Shown here piece after piece: positions 8,894 through 18,500 of a DNA stretch of 64,000 nt (position 1 is the stretch's first letter; each line of letters begins with the position of its first letter). The DNA comes from a virus, in the IMG/VR virus record IMGVR_UViG_3300033149_003257, positions 1 to 64,000 of that record. One strand, written 5' to 3'. The notes under the pieces are model-generated. The model had not been told where the DNA came from. It saw nothing but the letters and a program-made list of their open reading frames with translations, and did not search any database. The position numbers were made by a program, and so were the translations under genes.

Positions 8894-11800
8894 TTATCCT
8901 AAATCTCCTTCTACTACAAGTGCTGTATATCTATTAATTGGAGAATTATTTCCTTGTTTATTACCCATATTACTTACAACTGATTGTGTTGTATTAGCAA
9001 AAGCATGTGTTACATTATTTATAATATTATGAACATCTTTATTACTACCAGAAATCTTCTTTGCAGTTTTATCTTGTGCTTCTGCATTTTCTTTTGCAAT
9101 ATATTTCCCTTCAGCCATTGCTTCATTTACTTGTCCTCTAACTATTTTAGATTTATCAAGTGCTGACATTAAACTATCTTTTACTCTTTCAGTTAAAGGT
9201 ATAAAAAGTTCATTAGCATGTGCTTCAATTAACATTCCACCTTTTTTAGCTTTTGGAATTCCAGAAGTTCCAGCCATAGCTAAAAGAGATTGTTTTTCTG
9301 AAGAAAATCTATTTCTCAAACTATCCCATAATTCAGGAGAACTTCTAAACCATTTACCAACCTTTGATTTTTCATCATATAATTTCTGAATAATATCTGA
9401 ATCTGATAATTTATTAATATCAACTCCAGATAATGCTCTATTTACTACATTAGTATTTGGTCCAAATTGTACAGCGGTTGACCATAAAGCTTCTTTAATA
9501 GCTTTCCCTCTTTCTGCTAAATTTTTTCCAATTGTACCTAAATTAGTTATTAATTTATCAAAATGTGTTTCTTTTATAAAATTACGTTGTTCTTTTGCAA
9601 AAACCTCACTTGATTCTCTTGCAATAGTTTTCCATACTTTATTAAACTCAGCTGTTCCAGGAGTAAGTCCTTTAAATCTATCTTGAAAAGTTGAACTCTC
9701 AAGAAATTTTTGTAATGTTCCAGTTTTTGATGCTAATTGATATATACCATATGAAGCTCCACCCTTATCACCTTTTCCAGAACTTATTGCTCCAGGACCT
9801 TTTCCTCCAGACTCATATAATTCAGAAATAACACCGAGTTGTTTTTTATTTGATCTAGATTCTTTTTCTTCAGCAGTTTCTGGAGTAAAAGAAGATAACC
9901 AAGTTCCAATACCACTTGAAACTTTTTTATTTTTTGATCTTTTTTCTTTAAAATCTTTTGGTAATAATCCTCCAATACTTTCTATTCTTTCAGCAGCTTC
10001 AGGACTTCTTTTTCTTATTTCTTCAATTCTTTGAATCAGTTTATCATCAGCTTTCTCTTTATGAGTTTTATCATATATCCATTTTCCTAAACCACCTTTT
10101 TCACCAAATGCTTTATCAATTCCTTTATTGATAAGAGTTCCAACAGAATATCCAATTGCAGCAGCTCCAGCAACTCCTGTAACTTTTCCTAAAACACTAT
10201 TGCTAATTATAGATGTTAAACCTCCCAGTTTTGACCCTAAGAAACTCCCAGGTCCAAGGAGTGTTGCTAATTTACTTGTAACTACAGAAGATAATGTTCC
10301 AAGGGCAGAAACAATAAAACTATTTTTACCAAAGAAAGTTGAAAATAATCTTCCTCCAAATTTACCAAAAACAGATCCTAAAGATTCACTAAAAACTCTT
10401 GTTAATGCTCTTCCTCCAATAAATTTAGTTATCAATGTAGGAATACTGCCTAATTTAGTAAAAATAGGAAATATACCAATTAGAAATTTCCAAATAGTAT
10501 TACCAAATCCTTTTAATTTTTTTGACATTTTAGATGTATGTTCTTCTTGTTTTCTTGCAGTAGTAAGTAATTTTCTTTCTGTAAGAGCAATATAATCAAC
10601 TCCTTCTTTCATTTCAATAATAGAATTATCAACTTTTTTCCTTGTAGTTAAAGCTTTCCATGCTGCTCCACCAATTCTTTTAGCTTCTCCTCCAACAGTT
10701 CTTTTTTCTGTTAAAAATTCACCAGCTTTTCCACCAAATTTTTTCAAAAGCCACTCTGTAGGAGCTGCTATACTTCTTAATCCTTTTCCAAACAATGACC
10801 ATCTCATATCCTGAGCTGTTATTTTTGTATCAGGAAAAGGAATTCCAGTTACAGCAGTTGCAGTATATTGTACAGCCCTTTTTATTTCTTCTAATATTTT
10901 ATCCCTTCTATCATCATGAACTGCACTAACTGTTCCATATGTTGCAACATTATCTGAAATAGCTTGTAAAGCATTACTACTTCTAGATGCTAAACCAGCG
11001 TAACCACCTCTTTTTCTAAATAAAATTCTTGCAACTTTTGCAGGAGCAATTACTGCTTTACCAAGAGTTTTAAAAAAGTATATACTTTCTCTTATTAAAG
11101 GATTTTCCCACATTATAGTTTCAACAAAAATCTTAAATCTATTCATATGAAAACCAAAACCCTTTCTTAATCTTCGAAGTTCAAGAATTATTTGTTCTTG
11201 TATTGGTTTTTCTTCTTCTTGAAAAGCATTTTCCATAGCTCTTTTAACACTTTGAATAAATCCTCTTTTCGATTCTTCTCCTTCTCGAATTAATTCACTT
11301 CTATGTCTCATTCTGATTGATTTAATAAGACTATCTTTTATTATTCCCATTTCTTCTTTACTTTGGTCAATTCTTTCTAATAATTTTTCAATTGGAATAA
11401 CTACTTCTGCAGCATGTAGTTTAGCTACCCCTCCTTTTTCTACATACCCACCTTTCTGCATTTTTGGAATTTTAGTAATTTTATTTTCTTTTTCTTCTTT
11501 TTTTCTAGAAAGAAATTCTTTTGCTTTCGTTCCAAGTGAAGTAAATGCTCTTCCAATTTGTGATTTAATTCTATCTGCAGCACTCTTAAAAACACCAGTT
11601 TCCATAAATTTAGCAGCAAAATATCCAAATATAGGAGTAGATCTAGATAATGCCATTGCTACTATATTCTGCTTATTAAAAGATATATCTTCAGAAACAG
11701 CTTTTCCATATTTTGAAACTACATCTTTTGACGCTTTAGCAGTTTCGACTGTAACTGTTTTTACTCCAGTTGCTAATGCACCAACTACCTTATTTAAACC

Positions 11801-12004
11801 TTGTATTGTTTTATTTAAAGACTTTTGAATATTTCTAACTGAACCTGTATCACTTACTTTTCTAACTTCTAATACTTTCTTATCTATATCATTTTTCATT
11901 TTTAATACTGAATTAGCGACACTATTAATATTATTAACTCTATTTGTATTATCTTCATTTATTTCTTTTTCTAATATATCTTTTGTTATATCATCATTAG
12001 CCAT
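8894..12004 (-). CDS. Tape-measure-like tail protein with C-terminal muramidase domain (VgrG3-C-like)
   Basis: Long Gly/Ala/Lys-rich helical protein with IPKMQKGG..LHAAEVVIP motif (second copy near C-terminus). LGVISELYESGG..GDKGGASYGIYQ..WSTAVQFGP lysozyme-like domain. Confidence 0.75.
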   Translation of the reverse strand: MANDDITKDILEKEINEDNTNRVNNINSVANSVLKMKNDIDKKVLEVRKVSDTGSVRNIQKSLNKTIQGLNKVVGALATGVKTVTVETAKASKDVVSKYGKAVSEDISFNKQNIVAMALSRSTPIFGYFAAKFMETGVFKSAADRIKSQIGRAFTSLGTKAKEFLSRKKEEKENKITKIPKMQKGGYVEKGGVAKLHAAEVVIPIEKLLERIDQSKEEMGIIKDSLIKSIRMRHRSELIREGEESKRGFIQSVKRAMENAFQEEEKPIQEQIILELRRLRKGFGFHMNRFKIFVETIMWENPLIRESIYFFKTLGKAVIAPAKVARILFRKRGGYAGLASRSSNALQAISDNVATYGTVSAVHDDRRDKILEEIKRAVQYTATAVTGIPFPDTKITAQDMRWSLFGKGLRSIAAPTEWLLKKFGGKAGEFLTEKRTVGGEAKRIGGAAWKALTTRKKVDNSIIEMKEGVDYIALTERKLLTTARKQEEHTSKMSKKLKGFGNTIWKFLIGIFPIFTKLGSIPTLITKFIGGRALTRVFSESLGSVFGKFGGRLFSTFFGKNSFIVSALGTLSSVVTSKLATLLGPGSFLGSKLGGLTSIISNSVLGKVTGVAGAAAIGYSVGTLINKGIDKAFGEKGGLGKWIYDKTHKEKADDKLIQRIEEIRKRSPEAAERIESIGGLLPKDFKEKRSKNKKVSSGIGTWLSSFTPETAEEKESRSNKKQLGVISELYESGGKGPGAISSGKGDKGGASYGIYQLASKTGTLQKFLESSTFQDRFKGLTPGTAEFNKVWKTIARESSEVFAKEQRNFIKETHFDKLITNLGTIGKNLAERGKAIKEALWSTAVQFGPNTNVVNRALSGVDINKLSDSDIIQKLYDEKSKVGKWFRSSPELWDSLRNRFSSEKQSLLAMAGTSGIPKAKKGGMLIEAHANELFIPLTERVKDSLMSALDKSKIVRGQVNEAMAEGKYIAKENAEAQDKTAKKISGSNKDVHNIINNVTHAFANTTQSVVSNMGNKQGNNSPINRYTALVVEGDLG

Positions 12005-12016
12005 ACTATATTACCT

Positions 12017-12913
12017 CTACAATTGTTTTAAAGCTTTAATTATTTTTGAAGAATTTTCTATTTCAGATAAAATTGAAATAACTTCACTTGGATATATTAA
12101 TTCTTGTATCATTATCGATGGAATATGTTTTTCTCCAAATAACTTATATGAATTATATATTGGAGATAAAATATGTTGATACATTCTAGAAGCTCTTAAA
12201 AAAGTAGAAAAATTTAATAAATATAATTTTACAATAACTATATAGTCTACAAGAACTTTATTAAATTCTTGAGAATCTAATTTAGAATATTTCTCTAAAG
12301 TTTTTTGTAAGTATTTATGATATTTAGATAAACTTGGATTTATTGAAAATTCTTCTTTCATTTCAAAAGTAGAAAACAAAAATTTTATTATATTAAAAAC
12401 TACGTTATTTGGAAGATTATCTATAGTAAATATTTTTTCAAATAAATTTTTATAAAACTTTATGAGATCAGATTTAAATATATTTAAAAATTTATTTGGT
12501 TTAGTTGATGAAAGCATATGTAAACATTCATGTATAGTTATAGTAGCCATTAAATCATTTGAACTAAAACCAAATAAATTTAAGCTATTCTCTATCATTA
12601 TATAAACTTTTTTAGATCTTGAATCGAAAAAGCCAGCAATTGATTTTTTTTCAATATCTTCTGGATTTTTACTGATTCTAGATTTAATTAATTTAAATAA
12701 ACCTTTTGAGTAAAATACAGGTACAACTATTCCTTTCTCAACTAAATCTTTTAATATTGGAACAATAAATTTTGACCTTCCTGTTTTTTCCATTGCTAAT
12801 AAATAATTCTTTTTTAAAGATTCAGATGAATATAAATCAATTCCATTAACATTATCTACTTTTGTTAATCCCACAGGAGGAGCAAATAATTCTTTAACTT
12901 GTTTTTGAATCAT
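12017..12913 (-). CDS. Zincin-like metallopeptidase (HExxH)
   Basis: IAGFF...VYIMIE...TIHECLH; probable third ligand in QELIYPSE. Confidence 0.6.
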   Translation of the reverse strand: MIQKQVKELFAPPVGLTKVDNVNGIDLYSSESLKKNYLLAMEKTGRSKFIVPILKDLVEKGIVVPVFYSKGLFKLIKSRISKNPEDIEKKSIAGFFDSRSKKVYIMIENSLNLFGFSSNDLMATITIHECLHMLSSTKPNKFLNIFKSDLIKFYKNLFEKIFTIDNLPNNVVFNIIKFLFSTFEMKEEFSINPSLSKYHKYLQKTLEKYSKLDSQEFNKVLVDYIVIVKLYLLNFSTFLRASRMYQHILSPIYNSYKLFGEKHIPSIMIQELIYPSEVISILSEIENSSKIIKALKQL

Positions 12914-12923
12914 AATTTAACTC

Positions 12924-13918
12924 CTAACAAATTTTATTTGCTAAATTTCCAGTAGAACATTCTGTTCCAGTTTTATGACCATATTTATAATGACATTCTT
13001 CACAAACAGAAATTCCAAAGTCTGGATCTAATGAGAAAAATGGTTCTAATTTTTGTGGACGAGTATGATGAACATGTTCTGCTTTTTCTCCACAATAAAT
13101 ACATTTGTAATCATCTCCCGTTTTAGTACTTCTTGTCTAAATATTTGATATTTTTCTGAAGTATATAAAATTTTTATATAATCATTTGGATCTGATTTTA
13201 AATTAAATAGTGGACATTCTTGTTTACATTCATCTGAACAATAAAAATTTGCTTCACCAAATCCACAAGGTTTTTCAAGTGCTTTTATTCTATCAAATAA
13301 TTGTTCTCTTGTAGGAGTGAACCAACCACCTTGTTCTTTTGAATTAGGACAATTATGGGTTTTACAATGTACTTGAATTTCTTTGGGTTTATCTGGATTA
13401 TATCTCATTTCTTCTATTTTAGAAAAGAATGGATATTTTTCTTTTATTTTATTAATACCAAATTTATTCCATACTTCACGACCTTTTAAAGAAGACTTCA
13501 TCTTTTTTATAGTTTCTTTTGAAAAGCAATTTAACATACCTTTATTCCATGGTTGTTTCCCCTTGCTAGACTTACTCATTTTCTTTTTACTTTCTATATT
13601 ATGTTTTTTTCCTTTATTAGAAACACTTATTTTTCTCTTGGTTTCTTCACTACAAACTGTTCCTTTTTTAGCTTCACTCATTTTTTTCTTTATTTCTTCA
13701 GAAATTATTATTCCTTTTTTAGCTTCACTCATTTTTTCTATAGAATCTTCTGAATATATATTAGTCTTTCCTTTATTCCATGGTTGTTTTCCTTTGTGAG
13801 ATATACTATTTTGTTCTCGAATTTTTGGACAACTATGAACATTTTTTTCACAGCACCATTTCCCATTTTTAAATTGATATTTCGCTTCTCTTCCACAACC
13901 GTAATCACATAATTTCAT
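12924..13918 (-). pseudogene. Free-standing NUMOD3-repeat HNH homing endonuclease, split by a frameshift near 13113-13120
   Basis: N-terminal CDYGCG zinc motif and NUMOD3 repeats (SEETKRKIS, PWNKG). The HNH domain DDYKCIYCGEKAEHVHH...CEECH lies in another frame and ends at TAG 12924-12926. Confidence 0.8.
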
Positions 13919-15540
13919 TAATCCATTTCCATATTTAATACATCTATAAATCCATCTATTTCTGTATTCTCTACTTTATGTTTTACAAAGTTCATTATAG
14001 AAGCATTATTGAAATCTACATTTTGTATATCATCATTCATATTTATAATATTATTCATTGAATTCGAAATTTCTGAAAACTTATTTGTTTCTAACATCAT
14101 TGGTGGATCATACTTCCTCACGTAAAAAGCAAGTGCTGCAGACATTGCTAAATCATCATGTTCCCCAGATTCACCTTCTACTTTTCCACTATTTTTTGTT
14201 ATTAAACCTGTCAATTCCAAAGCTAGTCTTTTTGATTTAACTATTTCTGGAAATTGTGTTATATATGAATATAATGCATCTATCATAAGAGGTCGAGTTT
14301 TTGCATTAGTTGATAAACCAGGAACCATTTTTGATTCACCTCTTTTCTCATTATACATCATGATAGAATACTCTGAACTATTAATTCCCTCTACTATTTG
14401 ATTTCCATATGAATTTGATTCTATTACAAGACTTCCGGGATATTGAGCACATGCAAACTTTACTACTTTTTCAAAATCTTGAACTTTACATTTTCCTTGA
14501 TATTCCCAAACTTGTTCAAGTGTTTCATAATCCCAAACAGTAATTGCAGATCTATCTTCTCCATGTTCTGGTGCAGTATCAACTCCAATAATATAATATC
14601 TATTTGGAATCGATCTTGAAAATACCCATATTTCACCATTAAATAATTTTAATTTTTCAATCGGTATAATATCTTTTGTTTTTTCCTGTAGAGTTGTAAC
14701 TGTTTGCTCGTCGAAAAATGTACCACTAGTAGACAAAAACTTCAATTCTAATTCTTGAGCAATTTTTCTTTTATCATTATCAAATAATTGACATTGAGTT
14801 TGGTACCATGAAGAATCATTTGCTAATTCTTGTATATCTTTCCAATAAATTGTAAAATCTTTAAATATACCATCATTAGAAACAGCATTCATATATTTTT
14901 CGTAAAACCATTTTCCAACTCCTACAGTTTTATTTGGTGTTGATAATACAATTGTTCCATAAGGAACTCCGTTTTTCTTTGCGTGCATCTGAGAAGTTGA
15001 CAAAGCAGGAACGATGGCTGTCCACGCATCATCAATATACTTAATAAACGCAGCCTCATCTATAATTAATAAAGTAACAGCTTTTCCTCTAAGTGTTTTT
15101 TCTGGTGCATTTGGTGCAACAGGAGTTGCATATGTTTTACAACCATTATTTAAAATAAATGCTCTTTCTGTTCTCTTTTTAAATTTTGGCCTCATCCACA
15201 ATGGAAGTTTATCTATCATAGACATAACATGTCTTGCAAAATCAGTAGCTTCTGGAGCATCTTTTGATATAACTCCAACAACAACATTATCATAAAATAC
15301 AGTTAACCAAGCAATATAAGCTTGTATAATAGTTGAAATACCAATTTGTCTACTTTTTAGTACAATAACAAATTTATTTTTATGAATATATGATACTAAT
15401 TCTTTTTGTTTATTATATGGATTTAATGTAATATCCCCACCAGGCAGTTCAATTTTTATATAGTTAGAACAAAAATATATAAAATCATTTTTACAATGTA
15501 TAAATTCTCTAACTAATCTTTCTGCGTCTGATTTATTCAT
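13918..15540 (-). CDS. terL: Terminase large subunit (T4 gp17-like)
   Basis: Walker A KSRQIGIST, Walker B LLIIDEAAF, coupling motif STPN, nuclease GVDTA and HDDLAMS. Confidence 0.95.
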   Translation of the reverse strand: MNKSDAERLVREFIHCKNDFIYFCSNYIKIELPGGDITLNPYNKQKELVSYIHKNKFVIVLKSRQIGISTIIQAYIAWLTVFYDNVVVGVISKDAPEATDFARHVMSMIDKLPLWMRPKFKKRTERAFILNNGCKTYATPVAPNAPEKTLRGKAVTLLIIDEAAFIKYIDDAWTAIVPALSTSQMHAKKNGVPYGTIVLSTPNKTVGVGKWFYEKYMNAVSNDGIFKDFTIYWKDIQELANDSSWYQTQCQLFDNDKRKIAQELELKFLSTSGTFFDEQTVTTLQEKTKDIIPIEKLKLFNGEIWVFSRSIPNRYYIIGVDTAPEHGEDRSAITVWDYETLEQVWEYQGKCKVQDFEKVVKFACAQYPGSLVIESNSYGNQIVEGINSSEYSIMMYNEKRGESKMVPGLSTNAKTRPLMIDALYSYITQFPEIVKSKRLALELTGLITKNSGKVEGESGEHDDLAMSAALAFYVRKYDPPMMLETNKFSEISNSMNNIINMNDDIQNVDFNNASIMNFVKHKVENTEIDGFIDVLNMEMD

Positions 15541-15565
15541 ATTAATTAAATCCGTTATTATTTTA

Positions 15566-15575
15566 TAATTTGTTC
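15566..15575 (-). promoter_or_regulatory. Candidate late promoter element GAACAAATTA upstream of terminase
   Basis: Identical 10-mer also found intergenically at 18420-18429 and 23273-23282, each about 20-25 nt upstream of a start codon. Confidence 0.55.
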
Positions 15576-15592
15576 TATATAAATTGTATTCT

Positions 15593-15613
15593 TATATATA
15601 TTAATTATTGATA
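15593..15613 (+). promoter_or_regulatory. Candidate early promoter TATATATATTAATTATTGATA
   Basis: 20/21 identical to the minus-strand copy at 56863-56883; both copies head non-structural transcription units. Confidence 0.55.
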
Positions 15614-15658
15614 ATATATTTATCTTATTTTACTTTTTTTTAAGAAAGGAGTGAAATC

Positions 15659-16756
15659 TTGATACAAACATTAACAAAAGAACAAAAGGAAAAATTTAAA
15701 GATTATGTAAACAAATATACTAAAATTGGATTATCAACGGAAACGATTGATAAAGATAAAGCAACTAAATTTTGTTTTTGGTTATATAAATTTCTTGGGA
15801 AAGAAAATAAACCAAAAATTATATTTACAAAAGGTCCACTAGATTCTTTTTTAACTGCTTTATTGTTAAATATATTAGATAAAAATCAAGTGAGGAATCA
15901 AGTGGAGAATCAAGTGAGGAAACAAGTGGTGAATCAAGTGTGGGATCAAATGGAGAATCAAGTGAAGAATCAAGTGTGGGATCAAGTGTGGGATCAAGTG
16001 TGGGTTCAAGTGTGGGATCAAGTGTGGGTTCAAGTGAAGAATCAAGTGGGGAATCAAGTGGGGAATCAAGTGAGGAATCAAGTGGAGAATCAAATGGGGA
16101 AACAAATGAAAAATTCAAATAATTTATCTTTTGTTTGGCCATATTTAGATGGTCAATTTTGGAGTCCCTTTATTTCATTTTTTAATTTTATTTCAGAAGA
16201 ATTAAAAATTGAATTGATACCTGATTATTATAAATTTAAAGAAATAATAAATTATGGTCTAATATACCCATTAGAAGAATATTGTATAGTTTCTGAAAGG
16301 CTAGAAACAATTTATAAAAACGAGAGAGGACTTCATAATGAAAACGGTCCATGTTTAACATATAGAGATGGATTTTCATTATGGGCTTTAAATGGAGTAA
16401 CTTTAAACAAAGAAATAGTTGAAACTCCATCAGAAAATCTCGATCCAAATATTGTTTTTAAAGAAACTAATGTTGAAAGAAGAAGGGAGATTATTAGAAA
16501 AATTGGTATTGAGAGAATTATAAAATTAGGACAAATAATAGATAAAGATGGAGATTATGAATTAATAGATCTAAATTTGAATTCAGAAACTTCAAGACCA
16601 TATTTAAAAATGATAAATCCATCTACAAAAGATATACATGTAGAAGGAGTTCATCCATCTTGTAGAACTATAAAAGATGCAATACAATTTCGAAACTCTT
16701 TTATCTTTTCAAAATCAGAGAATGATGAAAAATTTGAGCTGGTAACATTAACTTAA
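15659..16756 (+). CDS. DUF6745-like protein with xQVx tetrapeptide repeats
   Basis: TTG start after AGGAG. LHNENGPCLTYRDGFSLWALNGV, NVERRREIIRKIG, INPST..HVEGVHP motifs. Confidence 0.75.
   Translation: MIQTLTKEQKEKFKDYVNKYTKIGLSTETIDKDKATKFCFWLYKFLGKENKPKIIFTKGPLDSFLTALLLNILDKNQVRNQVENQVRKQVVNQVWDQMENQVKNQVWDQVWDQVWVQVWDQVWVQVKNQVGNQVGNQVRNQVENQMGKQMKNSNNLSFVWPYLDGQFWSPFISFFNFISEELKIELIPDYYKFKEIINYGLIYPLEEYCIVSERLETIYKNERGLHNENGPCLTYRDGFSLWALNGVTLNKEIVETPSENLDPNIVFKETNVERRREIIRKIGIERIIKLGQIIDKDGDYELIDLNLNSETSRPYLKMINPSTKDIHVEGVHPSCRTIKDAIQFRNSFIFSKSENDEKFELVTLT
15884..16111 (+). repeat. 19 x 12-bp in-frame tandem repeat (consensus RATCAAGTGNNG)
   Basis: Read directly: aatcaagtgagg aatcaagtggag ... 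gatcaagtgtgg ... aaacaaatgaaa. Confidence 0.95.
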
Positions 16757-16780
16757 ATTATCTTTAAAAAGGAGAAAAAA

Positions 16781-17083
16781 ATGAAATATTATCAACAAGG
16801 AGACATACTAATAAAAGAGGCCACAATTCCTAAAAACGCAAAAATAATGGACAGAAGAATAATTGCAGAAGGGGAAACAACTGGTCATAAACATCAATTA
16901 GAAGATTTAGAAAAAGCACAACTACTACAAATAGACTCTCTCTTATTTCTTGATGTATTAGAAGAGACGAGAATTATTCATGAAGAGCATAATCCAGTTA
17001 CATTACCACCTGGAACTTATGAAGTTGGTTTTGTGATGGAATATGATCACTTTGAAGAAGAAACAAAAAGAATTAAAGATTAG
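16781..17083 (+). CDS. Small His-rich partner protein of DUF6745 (QGD...GE-x-TGH-x-H...HEEH)
   Basis: YQQGDILI, AEGETTGHKH, HEEHNPVTLPPGTYEV; AGGAG RBS. Confidence 0.75.
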   Translation: MKYYQQGDILIKEATIPKNAKIMDRRIIAEGETTGHKHQLEDLEKAQLLQIDSLLFLDVLEETRIIHEEHNPVTLPPGTYEVGFVMEYDHFEEETKRIKD

Positions 17084-17084
17084 A

Positions 17085-17132
17085 CAAAAAAAATGGTTGT
17101 AATAAATGAATTATATTACAACCATTTTTTTG
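17085..17132. terminator. Bidirectional intrinsic terminator between convergent genes
   Basis: aaaaaaatggttgtaata / tattacaaccattttttt inverted repeat. Confidence 0.8.
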
Positions 17133-17135
17133 TAT

Positions 17136-18401
17136 TTAAGTCAAACTTTTATTTGTACGCATCAAATTTAAATTAGCAGTTGTTTGCCATTCTCCTTCTC
17201 TATAAAAATCTATCTGACTTGATTTTAAAATATATTTTCCACTCAAACTAGTATATTCAAGTGTTCTTGCGTCAAGCTTCACAACTTCCCCGACTTTCAT
17301 TAATTTCTTTATTTGTAAATTTCTTTCTATATAAACACTAATAGTAGATAAATTAGAAATTAATTTTGCTATTTTAGAAATAGCAAATGTACTATCATAA
17401 TCAAATCCATCATTAAATGTATAATATTTAATTCTTTTTTGAGAAGAAATAGCTAAAGAATTTACAAAAGTTTCTGTATTTCCAGAAATCAATCCATAAT
17501 TAGAACATAAAGATTTTAAATCTTGAGTAATTGTGTAAAACAAAGTATCTCTTGGAGCAACTATATGTTTTAATGTTGGAGCTAAAACAGAAAAAGCAGA
17601 ATTTCCAGAATAAGTAGTTTCTAAAGGAGAATAAGTATAAAAATTATTATCTGCTAAACTTTTTTTAATGATATTCTCGTTTTCTGGATCTCCAGATGAT
17701 ATTTGATAAACTGTAAAAATTTGTGCTTTTTTCATTTTAGCTGTTAAATTTTTAATATAAAGTATATTATCATATGAACAAAAAATAACTGGAACTCCAG
17801 TATATAATCCAAATAAATTATCCAGATACATAATATTTTTATATACAGTTGTTGGTGGAATAATTATTTGTTCAACTATATTTTTATTTTCATTTTCTGT
17901 ATCATATTTTAAAGTTGTATTAGTATTTTTTTGTACTATATATGTAATGATATCTCTTAAAGTATTATTATAATTTTCTTTTGGTTTGGGAAGTAATACA
18001 TGATTAGTATAAGTTGTAATTGTTTTAAATGCTTCTTTACATACACCAACAATAGATAATGAAGATCTATCTTCTTGACTTCCAGATACTTCTTGTGCTG
18101 AAATTGGAACTGAAAAACTGGCATCAATAAGTAGTAAGTTAAAATCTATCTGTTCAGAAATTACTCCACTCTGATCTATTAATCTAATTGCTAATTTTAT
18201 AGAATCTTGACCATATAATTTTTTTAAAATAATATCTTTTGGAGATATAAATATTTCTAATGTGATTGTTTGATATGGACTTGTAATGGATGATGCAATT
18301 GTAACTCTATATATATCTTTACTATAATCTATTCCTTTAATATTTAATTGTATATCATAACTTCTTCCTGGTAAAAACTCTCGTTTTTCTTTAGTTGCCA
18401 T
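17136..18401 (-). CDS. Baseplate hub-like protein (T4 gp27/GpD-like); start probably 18401
   Basis: N-terminal DIYRVTIASSITSPYQT and C-terminal LSGKYILKSSQIDF..WQTTANLNLMR pattern. AGGA RBS before MATKEK. Confidence 0.55.
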   Translation of the reverse strand: MATKEKREFLPGRSYDIQLNIKGIDYSKDIYRVTIASSITSPYQTITLEIFISPKDIILKKLYGQDSIKLAIRLIDQSGVISEQIDFNLLLIDASFSVPISAQEVSGSQEDRSSLSIVGVCKEAFKTITTYTNHVLLPKPKENYNNTLRDIITYIVQKNTNTTLKYDTENENKNIVEQIIIPPTTVYKNIMYLDNLFGLYTGVPVIFCSYDNILYIKNLTAKMKKAQIFTVYQISSGDPENENIIKKSLADNNFYTYSPLETTYSGNSAFSVLAPTLKHIVAPRDTLFYTITQDLKSLCSNYGLISGNTETFVNSLAISSQKRIKYYTFNDGFDYDSTFAISKIAKLISNLSTISVYIERNLQIKKLMKVGEVVKLDARTLEYTSLSGKYILKSSQIDFYREGEWQTTANLNLMRTNKSLT

Positions 18402-18419
18402 ATTGTATATCCTTTTTTT

Positions 18420-18429
18420 TAATTTGTTC
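18420..18429 (-). promoter_or_regulatory. Candidate late promoter element GAACAAATTA
   Basis: Lies between a terminator hairpin and the start of the hub-like gene. Confidence 0.55.
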
Positions 18430-18445
18430 AGAAAAAAAATGTACA

Positions 18446-18495
18446 AAAAAAAGACTTTTTAATTTTAATATGATAATAATTAAAAAGTCTTTTTT
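18446..18495 (-). terminator. Intrinsic terminator hairpin
   Basis: aaaaaagactttttaatt / aattaaaaagtctttttt directly after the 18501 stop. Confidence 0.75.
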
Positions 18496-18500
18496 CATAA

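Noticed and set aside
15884-16111. CRISPR array
   Set aside because: Units are 12-bp head-to-tail repeats with no unique spacers, in frame within a CDS; no cas genes seen.
15884-16111. Diversity-generating retroelement variable region
   Set aside because: Variation at codon positions 1-2 is suggestive, but the adenines of CAA are invariant and no reverse transcriptase or template repeat is present in the window.
15825-16142. Alternative-frame and antisense ORFs over the repeat (15825..16142, 15875..16105, 15940..16122)
   Set aside because: By-products of a stop-free 12-bp repeat; no RBS; they overlap a well-supported gene.
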